From assembly GCA_050179015.1 (NCBI GenBank), contig JBFXFN010000004.1, positions 1,800 to 65,799 on the forward strand: 64,000 bases of DNA. Reading direction: 5' to 3'. Made by a program: the position numbers and the translations under genes. Origin of the DNA: Candidatus Methylacidiphilaceae bacterium. Lineage in GTDB: Bacteria > Verrucomicrobiota > Verrucomicrobiia > Methylacidiphilales > Methylacidiphilaceae. Under the pieces are notes generated by a model. The model did no database searches, was not told where the DNA came from, and saw only the letters and a list, made by a program, of their open reading frames with translations. Of the stretch, positions 51,911 to 60,344 are shown in pieces; positions within the stretch are counted from its first letter, which is position 1; every line of letters begins with the position of its first letter.

Positions 51911-53086
51911 TTACGAGGGAATCCGACCTTGGAGGTCGGCGGGTTGGAAGGGGCCGGGTTCGGCGAGGAGCGCGCGCGCCGCATCGACTTGGCCCCAGAC
52001 ATTCCAGAGGAGGACTCCGCGAACTCTCCGGCGGTCCAAATAATAGATGACCCCGGTACGGAATCGTTCCTTCCAGTCGCAGAAGACCTCCAGACGGTTG
52101 TCGATCAGTCCGACGGCTTCGTAACCAAGGTCGAAGAGATCGGAATAAAAATAAGGAATGTGATCGTATTTTTCCTCTCTACCAGCCATGTTCCTACCGG
52201 CCAGGATGCCCATATGACGGGCGTTGTCTTCGTGCTCGAAGCGAACCCGCTGCCCCAGCGCGGGATTAAAGAAGGCCGCCACGTCTCCCGCCGCGTAGAC
52301 ATCGGGGTGAGCCGTGCGGAGAAACTCGTCGACGATAATGCCGTTTTCGACCGCTAGGCGGGCTTGCTTGGCCAGTCCGACGTTGGGGGATATGCCGATG
52401 CCCGCGACGAGGGCGTTGACCGAGAGAGTCCCTTGGCCGAGCCGGATGGTCAGGAGACCTTCCTGCTCTTCCGCGGCCGAGACCGTCTGCCGAGCGAGCA
52501 CCTCCACTCCCTTCTGGTGGTAATAGTCGTTGAGGAAAACGCAAAGTTCCTCCGGAAAGATCCTGCCGCCAATTCCGGTCTCCGCGAAGAGGAGGGTCAC
52601 GCGTTTGCCGTTCAGGGCGAGCGCGGCAGCGATCTCCGAGCCGATAAAGCCTCCTCCCAGTACGCAGATCCGCTCCTCCGATTCGCTCCAGGAGCGCAGC
52701 TTCCGATAGTCCGCCAGCGTCCGGAAATAGAGGATCCTCTGGCTGATCGTCGGAAGACGGCGTGCATCTCCTCCTGTCGCCAAGAGAAGCTTATCGAACG
52801 AGAAAGTCGCGCCCTCCGAGGCCGTGACCGTTTTCGACGGGAGGTCTAGAGCGAGTGCAGTACACTGGCGATGGAAAACCACTCCCGCCTCGGGCGTGTG
52901 ACACCAGATGGAGTCGAGGGACTCCCCCTTCCAGAGCCCTTTGGAGAGAGGTGGGCGATTGTAGGGGAGATCCGGCTCCGTCGTCAGCACTCCGATAGAT
53001 CCATCCGGGTCGATTTCCCGGATGCCGCGGACGGCGGCATCGGCCGTCATCCCGCCGCCGACAATCAGGTAGGTATATTTTTGCAT
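51911..53086 (-). CDS. FAD-dependent pyridine nucleotide-disulfide oxidoreductase (ferredoxin/rubredoxin reductase- or AIF-like)
   Basis: YLIVGGGMTADAA (FAD), ICVLGGGFIGSEIAAAL (NAD) and YAAGDVA are present. The physiological partner is unknown. I chose the start at Met5 of ORF 51911..53098. Confidence 0.8.
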   Translation of the reverse strand: MQKYTYLIVGGGMTADAAVRGIREIDPDGSIGVLTTEPDLPYNRPPLSKGLWKGESLDSIWCHTPEAGVVFHRQCTALALDLPSKTVTASEGATFSFDKLLLATGGDARRLPTISQRILYFRTLADYRKLRSWSESEERICVLGGGFIGSEIAAALALNGKRVTLLFAETGIGGRIFPEELCVFLNDYYHQKGVEVLARQTVSAAEEQEGLLTIRLGQGTLSVNALVAGIGISPNVGLAKQARLAVENGIIVDEFLRTAHPDVYAAGDVAAFFNPALGQRVRFEHEDNARHMGILAGRNMAGREEKYDHIPYFYSDLFDLGYEAVGLIDNRLEVFCDWKERFRTGVIYYLDRRRVRGVLLWNVWGQVDAARALLAEPGPFQPADLQGRIPS

Positions 53087-53181
53087 AGAGAAAATCAAGG
53101 CGTGTAGTCGAGGAGCCGCAGTCGCTTACTAACATCTTAGCCTCTTTTTCCGGCAGGTCTAGCTCTAGCAAATGGGGCTGT

Positions 53182-54096
53182 TCAGGATGGGGAGATAGAA
53201 CGCGGAAGCGAATCGTGCTCATGGGTGGTTTCGCCGCTCAAGATGGAGAAGGGCTGGATCCAGGCTTCCGACCCGAAGAAGAGCCGGGCGCGGGCCACGA
53301 GCTCCGGGCTGGGAAGGTTTTCCCAGAGACCGAAGATCGAGCTTCCACTTCCGCTCATTAGGGCGAGATGGGCTCCCGCCTCCTTTTGGAGCCAGGTTTG
53401 GGCGGAGGCGATCCAGAGATACTTTTCGAAGACGGCGGGCTCCAGATCATTTCGGACGGGGCCCCAGGGCGGAATCCCTTGCTCTTTTCCTGGGCGAGGT
53501 CTTCGGGCGTAGGCTTGGTAGGCCCATGGAGTGGGAACGGGAAAGCCAGGAAAGAGCAAGAGCCCATGCCGCGGGCCGGACCAGGGCTCGGGAGAGACGA
53601 TCTCTCCCCGACCGTAGCAACGCGCCGGCTTCCGGACGAGAAAGAAAGGAACGTCGCTGCCCAAGGAGGCCGCCAGCGGCTGGAGGGCGTCTCGGGAAGC
53701 AGGATAACCGAGAAGGCTACGGAGGGCCAAGAGCGTGGCGGCGGCATCGCTGCTGCCTCCGCCCAAGCCGGCTCCTGCGGGAAGCCTCTTTTCGAGAGAG
53801 ATCGTCAGGCCGCAAGGGACGCCGAAGGAGTCGGCGAAGAGGCGTGCAGCCCGGCAGACTAGATTCTCTTCTCCGGATGGGACACGCGGATCCTCGCAGT
53901 GGAAGGAGAACTCTTGTCCGGGACCAGCGGTGACGCGGAGTCGATCGCCGAGCGAGACCGGCGCCATCCGTGTCGTGAGCTCGTGAAAGCCATCAGAGCG
54001 TCGGCCGAGAATGCGGAGGTCGAGGTTGATTTTTGCCGGGGCGAAGAGTTCAATTGTCTTCGAAGTGTCCTCCCTGCCCTTAGCGGATGGGCTCAT
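53182..54096 (-). CDS. ispE: 4-diphosphocytidyl-2-C-methyl-D-erythritol kinase
   Basis: From Met27 of ORF 53182..54174 the product has FAPAKINLDLRILGRRSDGFHEL and the GHMP motif LPAGAGLGGGSSDAAA. Confidence 0.88.
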   Translation of the reverse strand: MSPSAKGREDTSKTIELFAPAKINLDLRILGRRSDGFHELTTRMAPVSLGDRLRVTAGPGQEFSFHCEDPRVPSGEENLVCRAARLFADSFGVPCGLTISLEKRLPAGAGLGGGSSDAAATLLALRSLLGYPASRDALQPLAASLGSDVPFFLVRKPARCYGRGEIVSPEPWSGPRHGLLLFPGFPVPTPWAYQAYARRPRPGKEQGIPPWGPVRNDLEPAVFEKYLWIASAQTWLQKEAGAHLALMSGSGSSIFGLWENLPSPELVARARLFFGSEAWIQPFSILSGETTHEHDSLPRSISPS

Positions 54097-54793
54097 TGTA
54101 GCCTTGGATCTTTCCGAGGTGGAGACCGCGCTCTTTCTGGCGCGTCGACTGCGCGAGCATGTCAATTGGTTCAAGGTGGGAAGTCAACTCTTCTTGCGCG
54201 GCGGACCAAAAGTCGTGCAGGAGCTTCGTTCTCTAGGCGCCCAAGTCTTTCTGGATCTGAAGTTTCACGACATCCCTGCCACGGTCGAGCGGGCCGTCCG
54301 AGCTTGCGTGGAGATGGATGTGGGCTATCTGACCGTGCATGCCCTTGGGGGACGAAGAATGCTGACCGCTGCCGCGGAGGCGGCTGCGGGCAGTAAGACC
54401 AGGATCCTCGCGGTGACCGTGCTGACAAGCTTGGAAGAGGAGGATCTCTCGGATATCGGTCTTGCCGGAAACCCTGCCGAATGTGTCTCTTCCCTTGCGG
54501 CGCTCGCCGGCGAGTGCGGCATTCACGGCATCGTCTGCTCCGCCCGCGACCTTTCCTCGCTGCGGAAAGCAGGCATCCGGCCGGAAGTGGTCGTGACTCC
54601 GGGGATCCGGCTTACGCCTCGGAAGGGGGATGACCAGCGGCGCACCGTCTCCCCTCAGGAGGCGTTCGCCCTCGGAGCGACTCACATCGTGGTCGGCCGT
54701 CCGGTGCTCGAAGCGGCGGATCCGGTCAAGTTGGTGCGAAACTTGCTTCGGAAGAACAATGACCCTGCTGAGGCTGGAGATTTCAGCAATTAG
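54065..54793 (+). CDS. pyrF: orotidine 5'-phosphate decarboxylase
   Basis: LIVALDL, FKVGSQLF and FLDLKFHDIPATV (the DxKxxD catalytic block) are present. I chose the GTG start at 54065. ATG 54011 is the alternative and the start remains uncertain. Confidence 0.85.
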   Translation: MSSLPLADGLIVALDLSEVETALFLARRLREHVNWFKVGSQLFLRGGPKVVQELRSLGAQVFLDLKFHDIPATVERAVRACVEMDVGYLTVHALGGRRMLTAAAEAAAGSKTRILAVTVLTSLEEEDLSDIGLAGNPAECVSSLAALAGECGIHGIVCSARDLSSLRKAGIRPEVVVTPGIRLTPRKGDDQRRTVSPQEAFALGATHIVVGRPVLEAADPVKLVRNLLRKNNDPAEAGDFSN

Positions 54794-55005
54794 GCATCCG
54801 AGGATCGCCTCTAGGGACGGAGAAATGGCCGGCGGACCCGTTTGTCGTCGGATCGGCCTGGGGAGATGCGGCAGGGAGAGAATGCCAGCCACAAGGAGCA
54901 GGGAGCTCTCCAAGCTCATCTTGCCATCCGCAGGAGAAATCCCGGAAGAGCGCCGGCTGAGAGGCCGATTTGCGGAGTAAAGCACATGCGCCTATTGTTG
55001 AAAGC

Positions 55006-56694
55006 ATGGCGAGAAAAGAAAAAGGATTCGGAGGGGACGCTCCTATGGCATTCGAAAACCTAGAATCGGCTTCCGCCTTGCAGGTCGTCGACCTGATCGG
55101 ACAATCCCTCTCCTTCGACGCGGTCTCGAGGGAGGCCTTCTTCTATCTTCGGCGCAGAGTCGCCGAGCTGGAGGAGACGAACGAACAGGCTCGCCAGACC
55201 CTGGAAAAGCTCAATGAGGCGGTGGAAAAGCTCTCAGCCCCGGCGAATCGGGTCGGCACCCTTCTCGGCCTGCCGAAGAAGGAGATCGCCCTAGTGGTGC
55301 AGGGAGGTACCGAGTTCTATTGCAAGATCGACCCGCGGCTTGGTCATGAGACGCTCTTGATCGGAACAAGGGTGTTGCTTAACGAGGCGTTTGCCGTCGT
55401 CGGCGATCTCGGCTTCGACTTTTCCGGCCCGGTGGTCAAGGTTCTCGACGTCTTGCCGGACAATCGGCTTCGCGTGGGCCATGAAGGAGTGGGAGGAAGC
55501 TTCGTGGTGATGCGCTCGACCCCGCTCGCCAAAGAGCGGATCAAGACGGGTCTCGAAATCCGGGTCGATGGTTCCTCCCGGGTTGCACTCGAGGTCGTGG
55601 CGGTCTCGAAGACCAAGCACCGTCTGCTCGATCAGGTTCCGGAACTTCCGTGGGAGAGGGTCGGGGGGCAGAAAGAAGCGGTGGGTGCTATCCGGGATGC
55701 GGTAGAACTGCCTTTCCTCTATGCGGACCTCTTCGCCAAGTATCACCATCACGTTCCGAAGGGATTTCTGCTTCATGGGCCGCCGGGGTGCGGGAAGACG
55801 CTCTTGGGAAAAGCAACCGCCTATAATCTGACTCGCAAGCTTCGAGAAGAGACGGGAGAGGAGCGGAAGGAGTTTTTCCTCCATGTAAAGGGCCCGGAGA
55901 TTCTTAACATGTGGGTCGGGGAATCGGAACGGCAGGTGCGGGACCTTTTCGAGCAGGCCCGGGAGCTTGCTCGGGAAGGGTACCTCCCCTTCATCTTCAT
56001 CGACGAGGCGGAATCGATTTTGGGCACCCGGCGGGCCGGGCGGTTCAACAGCATCCTCAACACGCTCGTTCCCATGTTCTGCGCCGAGATGGACGGTATC
56101 GAGTCGATGAGGGAGGTGGTGACCATTCTCGCCTCCAATCGGGCGGACCTGATCGATCCGGCTATTCTTCGGCCGGGCCGAATCGACCGGAAGATCAAGG
56201 TCAATCGGCCGGATCGTGCGGGCTCGGCCGAAATCTACCGGATCTACCTTGAGGAAGATCTCCCCTATGCCCCGGCTCTTCTGGCCGAGGCGGGCGAGGA
56301 TCGAGCAAAGGCGATCGACATCCTGATTAAGGGAGTGCTGGACGCCCAGTTCGCTCGGACGGAGCAGAACCGCTTCCTCGAAGTTACTTTCCGGAGCGGG
56401 AGAAAGGAATATCTCTATCGGGGCGACCTCATCAGCGGCGCGATCATTGCCTCGATTGTCGAGAGGGCCAAGGAGCTGGCGGTCAAGCGGGCGATCTCCG
56501 ATCCCTCGAATCATGGCTTGCGGTTGGAGGATCTTTTGACAGCGCTCGAGATCGAGTATCTTGAGAATGACATCTTCCCACCGTCCGATATCACGGAGGA
56601 CTGGTTGAAGCTCGTGGACTACGATCCACAGAATGTGGTTCGGCTGGCCCCCGTGCTCCGGAGGGAGGAAGCGACGGTGCGTCAGGTCGTCTGA
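55006..56694 (+). CDS. mpa: proteasome-associated AAA+ ATPase (Mpa/ARC family)
   Basis: The product has an N-terminal coiled coil (RRRVAELEETNEQARQTLEKLNEAVEKL), OB-like interdomain, Walker A GPPGCGKT, Walker B FIFIDEAES and an arginine-finger region ASNRADLIDPAILRPGRIDRKI. Met13 of ORF 54970..56694 is the chosen start and is uncertain. The C-terminus is ...TVRQVV. Confidence 0.9.
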   Translation: MARKEKGFGGDAPMAFENLESASALQVVDLIGQSLSFDAVSREAFFYLRRRVAELEETNEQARQTLEKLNEAVEKLSAPANRVGTLLGLPKKEIALVVQGGTEFYCKIDPRLGHETLLIGTRVLLNEAFAVVGDLGFDFSGPVVKVLDVLPDNRLRVGHEGVGGSFVVMRSTPLAKERIKTGLEIRVDGSSRVALEVVAVSKTKHRLLDQVPELPWERVGGQKEAVGAIRDAVELPFLYADLFAKYHHHVPKGFLLHGPPGCGKTLLGKATAYNLTRKLREETGEERKEFFLHVKGPEILNMWVGESERQVRDLFEQARELAREGYLPFIFIDEAESILGTRRAGRFNSILNTLVPMFCAEMDGIESMREVVTILASNRADLIDPAILRPGRIDRKIKVNRPDRAGSAEIYRIYLEEDLPYAPALLAEAGEDRAKAIDILIKGVLDAQFARTEQNRFLEVTFRSGRKEYLYRGDLISGAIIASIVERAKELAVKRAISDPSNHGLRLEDLLTALEIEYLENDIFPPSDITEDWLKLVDYDPQNVVRLAPVLRREEATVRQVV

Positions 56695-56733
56695 GCGATT
56701 GGGAAAAAAGAAACCGGAGGAGAGCACGGCACC

Positions 56734-58284
56734 ATGGACAAGCAGAGACCGATTCCGGCGTGGCCGATCTATTTTGGATTGGAAACCGAATTCGGGATTG
56801 CGGTTCGGGAGAACGCGGAGATCGATGTGGTCGAGGAGTCGATCCATCTGGTGCGGGCCGCCGCTCAGCTCGGCAGCCCAAATCTCTGGGACTATACCCG
56901 CGAAGATCCCCACCGCGATGCGCGCGGCTTCCGGGCGAAGGAGCTGCGGCAGGACGGGGATGAGGCGAACTTCTTTTCCCAAGATCGCCAGAGACCCTAT
57001 AGTTTCGAGGAGATCAAGAGCGACTTCGTCCTGCGGAACGGCGCGCGTTTTTATAACGATCACACCCATCCGGAATATTCGACTCCGGAATGCTCCACTC
57101 TGCTGGAGCTGGTGGCGCAGGACAAGGCGGGCGAAAGGATCCTGGAGGAGTGCGCTCGGGCGGCGAGTCGGAAGCGCAACCACACGATCTGCCTTTACAA
57201 GAACAACACCGACTTCGCCGGACACAGCTACGGCTGCCACGAGAACTATCTGATTCCGCGAATGATTCCCTGGGACCGGATCGTCGAGGGGATGATGGCA
57301 TTCCTGGTCACGCGGCAGATCTTCGGCGGTGCGGGGAAGCTGGGCTGGGAGAAGGAGGACCAGAGCATGGTCGGAGGTTTTCAGATCTCCCAGCGAGCCG
57401 ATTTCTTTACGGAGCTTGTGGGCATCGACACCATGAACCGGCGCCCTCTCATCAATACCCGGGACGAGCCCCACGCCAACCCCAAGCTCTACCGTCGCTT
57501 TCATGTCATCGTGGGCGACTCCAACCTCTCGGAGTATGCCACCTGGTTGAAGGTAGGCACGACGGCCTTGGTGTTGGAGGCGCTCCAGTACGACCGGGTG
57601 CCGCGCCGCTTCTTCCTGGCGGATCCGCTCTATGCCCATAGGAGCATCTCTCGGGACTGGACGAATCGCTGGGAAGTCGATCTCGCCCACGCGGGTTCGA
57701 CGACCGCCGCCCAGCTCCAGAACGACTACGCCGACTGGGTCGGCCGCTACGTGGACCTTGAGCATCCCGAAAAGCGGGCGGTTTGGAAGAGCTGGAAGGA
57801 GACCGTGGAGCTTCTGCAGACGGATGCAAATGCGTTGCGCGATCGGCTTGACTGGGTCGCAAAGCGGTCCATCCTGGAGACCTTTCGCGAGGAGCAGAAG
57901 CTTCCGTGGGATGATCCGTGGCTCCAAAGTCTCGACCTGGAATACCACCTGATGGACCGGGAGCGGGGTCTCTATTACGCTTTGGAATCGGCCGGCCAGA
58001 TCTGCCGGATCTCCCGGGAAGAGGACATCTATCGGGCGATCCAGCAGCCCCCCAATGCCTCCCGAGCCTATATCCGGGGCAAGTGCATCCAGAAGTTTGC
58101 CCGGGACTTGATCAACGTTCAGTGGGACTACATCGCCTTCTGCTGGAAAGGGCAGACCTATCGGGTCGAGCTCTCCTCGGCCTTTCCGGGTGTAGATTTG
58201 GAGCACTACTGTGATGTCATCGATCGGGCGCAGTTCGTTTCCGATATGATCGAGGGGTTGAAGCTGGAGCCGATTAGCGGCTAG
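56734..58284 (+). CDS. dop: Dop-like depupylase/deamidase homologue (Pup-ligase superfamily)
   Basis: GLETEFGI, an inserted loop with WDYTREDPHRDARGF (Dop-loop-like), NGARFYNDHTHPEYSTPEC, YGCHENYL, INTRDEPHA and RFHVIVGDSNLSE are present. The gene sits between the ATPase and the modifier, as in mycobacteria. Confidence 0.85.
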   Translation: MDKQRPIPAWPIYFGLETEFGIAVRENAEIDVVEESIHLVRAAAQLGSPNLWDYTREDPHRDARGFRAKELRQDGDEANFFSQDRQRPYSFEEIKSDFVLRNGARFYNDHTHPEYSTPECSTLLELVAQDKAGERILEECARAASRKRNHTICLYKNNTDFAGHSYGCHENYLIPRMIPWDRIVEGMMAFLVTRQIFGGAGKLGWEKEDQSMVGGFQISQRADFFTELVGIDTMNRRPLINTRDEPHANPKLYRRFHVIVGDSNLSEYATWLKVGTTALVLEALQYDRVPRRFFLADPLYAHRSISRDWTNRWEVDLAHAGSTTAAQLQNDYADWVGRYVDLEHPEKRAVWKSWKETVELLQTDANALRDRLDWVAKRSILETFREEQKLPWDDPWLQSLDLEYHLMDRERGLYYALESAGQICRISREEDIYRAIQQPPNASRAYIRGKCIQKFARDLINVQWDYIAFCWKGQTYRVELSSAFPGVDLEHYCDVIDRAQFVSDMIEGLKLEPISG

Positions 58285-58299
58285 AATTTAATTAAACCC

Positions 58300-58306
58300 A
58301 GGAGGG
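58300..58306 (+). promoter_or_regulatory. strong Shine-Dalgarno sequence for the small modifier ORF
   Basis: AGGAGGG lies 2 nt before ATG 58309 and 8 nt before the in-frame ATG 58315. The spacing favours 58315 as the start. Confidence 0.5.
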
Positions 58307-58308
58307 CT

Positions 58309-58491
58309 ATGTTGATGCCAGAACAAGTACGGAAGACGCAACCGGTTGGACCCGGCCCGGGGCCGGGAGGAGATGGGCCAGGCCCGAGGGCGCCTAGAGT
58401 GGATCGCCCGAACACCGAAGAAATCCTTAAGCGGATGCGCAAGGTCGATCCGGATCAGGCGAAGCGCTATCGCCAGCGGACCGGGGAGTAG
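58309..58491 (+). CDS. small Pup-like / UBact-like protein modifier ending in -RTGE
   Basis: This 60-aa ORF (58 aa from ATG 58315) lies exactly at the pup position between dop and prcB. It has a Gly/Pro-rich disordered N-terminus and a C-terminal helix-like EEILKRMRKVDPDQAKRYRQRTGE ending in Gly-Glu. A strong SD sequence lies upstream. Confidence 0.75.
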   Translation: MLMPEQVRKTQPVGPGPGPGGDGPGPRAPRVDRPNTEEILKRMRKVDPDQAKRYRQRTGE

Positions 58492-58495
58492 CTAG

Positions 58496-59293
58496 GTGGA
58501 GACCATAAGCGTCTCGTCCGGGGCGCAGACGGGCGATTTTTTCGCAGTGCTCCGATCGAGGAATCTTCTATTCCCGGAAGGAAAGCAGGCGATGGCCGGG
58601 GCGGGTTCGCTCGCCGCTTCGGAATCGACGACGGTCCTCAGCTTCCACTATAGGGATGGGGTGATCGTGGCGGGAGATCGGCGAGCCACGACGGGGCATA
58701 CGGTCATTCACGATCGAGCCGAGAAGGTTATCGAGATCGACCGGTTCACGGTAATGGCGATCGCAGGCGCTCCCGGGACCGCGTACGAGATCGCTCGAGT
58801 TCTCCAGCACTCCTTCGAGTACTACCGGCGGAGCCAGCTTCAACCCTTGTCGCTGGACGCCAAGGTGCGAATGGTCGGAAAGCTTCTCAAGGAGAACTTG
58901 GCCTTGACGCTTCAAGGAGTGGGGGTCGTGGTTCCCCTTCTCGGCCTGGTCGACCCTCTGGGAAAGGGGAGTCCAAAGATCTTTTTTTATGACGCCCTGG
59001 GCGCGCAATTCGAAGCCGTCGATTTCGCTGTTTCGGGCTCCGGAGCGCCCGCCGCTCGCAGCGTCCTTCAGTATCTCAACCGATGGAGCGGATCACCCCC
59101 GGCGCAACGCACGGAAGACGAGGCGATCGCGCTGGCTTTGCAACTTTTGGACGTAGCGGCGGAATCCGACACCGCCACGGGGGGCATCGATCGGAGGACG
59201 CGGATCTATCCCCAGGTGAAGGTCATTCGAAAAGCCGGAGTTCGGTCGATTGCCGACGAGCAACTGAGCCGCCTGCTCCCGACGGCGGCATAG
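58496..59293 (+). CDS. prcB: 20S proteasome beta subunit
   Basis: The gene has a GTG start. An N-terminal propeptide is followed by TTVLSFHYRDGVIVAGDRRAT...EKVIEI (Thr1/Asp17/Lys33 pattern) and SGSG, which is Ntn-hydrolase proteasome family. Confidence 0.9.
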   Translation: METISVSSGAQTGDFFAVLRSRNLLFPEGKQAMAGAGSLAASESTTVLSFHYRDGVIVAGDRRATTGHTVIHDRAEKVIEIDRFTVMAIAGAPGTAYEIARVLQHSFEYYRRSQLQPLSLDAKVRMVGKLLKENLALTLQGVGVVVPLLGLVDPLGKGSPKIFFYDALGAQFEAVDFAVSGSGAPAARSVLQYLNRWSGSPPAQRTEDEAIALALQLLDVAAESDTATGGIDRRTRIYPQVKVIRKAGVRSIADEQLSRLLPTAA

Positions 59294-59564
59294 GGTCTTT
59301 CACAAGGCTTTTCTTAAGAGATGCTGGATTCGTTCCAGCGGAAGAAGGCGAGGAACGTGCGCTGCCGCCGCTGGCAGCAACGGGGGTCACGAATGCCGGA
59401 AGGGGCATGTCTCGTCAGCCGGGAGGCGACGGATACTCATTTGCATTGAACTATGCCACGGTGCTGGTAGGCTTGCGACTTCCGTTTCCCTTCCGTCAAA
59501 GACCGTTCGGGCTTCGCCGAGATTTGGGGGGAGGGGAACCAGAGCTGCGAGAAAGAGGGCAAGC

Positions 59565-60341
59565 GTGATCGAGGAACCTTATCGGTGGTTGGAAGCGGTC
59601 CAGAATCGGCGCGAGTACATCGAGGATCAGCTTCGAGGGGCCGCACCCGTTGTCGCCGTTAGCGGAGAGCCGGGCATCCTCCTGCTCGCCGGCAAGGCGT
59701 CCACTCCGAAGATTTGCGAGATCTACGACCATTTGGCCCTGGGAGCGGTGGGCCATCCCGCCGACTTGGAAAAGATCCGCCAAACCGCGATCGAGGCGGC
59801 TCATGTCGAAGGATTTTCGCGGTCCCGGGCCGACGTGAGCGCACGGAGGATCGTTAGCTATGGGTTGGCCGGCGCCTTGAAAAGCGCCTTCGAGCAGATC
59901 TTTGCCGCTCCCCTGCTCTTTCGTGGAGTTCTCGTGGAGCTAGGGGGATCCCCTGCCGGGGACCAGGGATGGATTCTCGAATATGACGGGGGTTACGCCG
60001 GGGTGGAACTCGAGCAGTTGCGGCGCGGGGTTCTAATCGGCGCGCGACAAGACCTCTTCTCGCTCTGGCAAAAAGAGAGCCGGGGCTCGCCCTTCACTTC
60101 GGGCAAAAGCTGGAAGGAGCTGGCGCAGCACGCGCTGCGCGTGCTCGGCTGGGCGGCTCAGGAGGACGCGGAAAAGCGCGTCCCATGGACGCAATTCACG
60201 CCGCGCGAGCAATGGACCGAAGCCGAGTTGAGCGGCCGATTCGAAGTGGGCGCACTCTCCCGAGAAGCAGCTTCCGGCGGCGGACCGGCTTTTTTTGTGC
60301 CGGAAGCCCGGCAGCTTGGATGGACGGCAGAAAAGGAGTAG
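59565..60341 (+). CDS. prcA: 20S proteasome alpha subunit
   Basis: The gene has a GTG start. By eye the product aligns with bacterial PrcA (N-terminal helix EAVQNRREYIEDQLRGAAPVVAVSGEPGILLLA...KICEIYDHLALGAVG). It has no N-terminal Thr nucleophile. Confidence 0.8.
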   Translation: MIEEPYRWLEAVQNRREYIEDQLRGAAPVVAVSGEPGILLLAGKASTPKICEIYDHLALGAVGHPADLEKIRQTAIEAAHVEGFSRSRADVSARRIVSYGLAGALKSAFEQIFAAPLLFRGVLVELGGSPAGDQGWILEYDGGYAGVELEQLRRGVLIGARQDLFSLWQKESRGSPFTSGKSWKELAQHALRVLGWAAQEDAEKRVPWTQFTPREQWTEAELSGRFEVGALSREAASGGGPAFFVPEARQLGWTAEKE

Positions 60342-60344
60342 GAG

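Noticed and set aside
55291-58206. A 971-aa ORF on the minus strand spanning the ATPase and Dop genes. It is the longest ORF in the window.
   Set aside because: It is exactly antisense to two plus-strand genes that carry unmistakable catalytic motifs (GPPGCGKT, FIFIDEAES, HENYL, INTRDEPHA). Its translation is low-complexity, rich in Arg, Pro, Leu and Gly, with no motif I recognise. Long stop-free antisense frames are expected in GC3-rich coding DNA.
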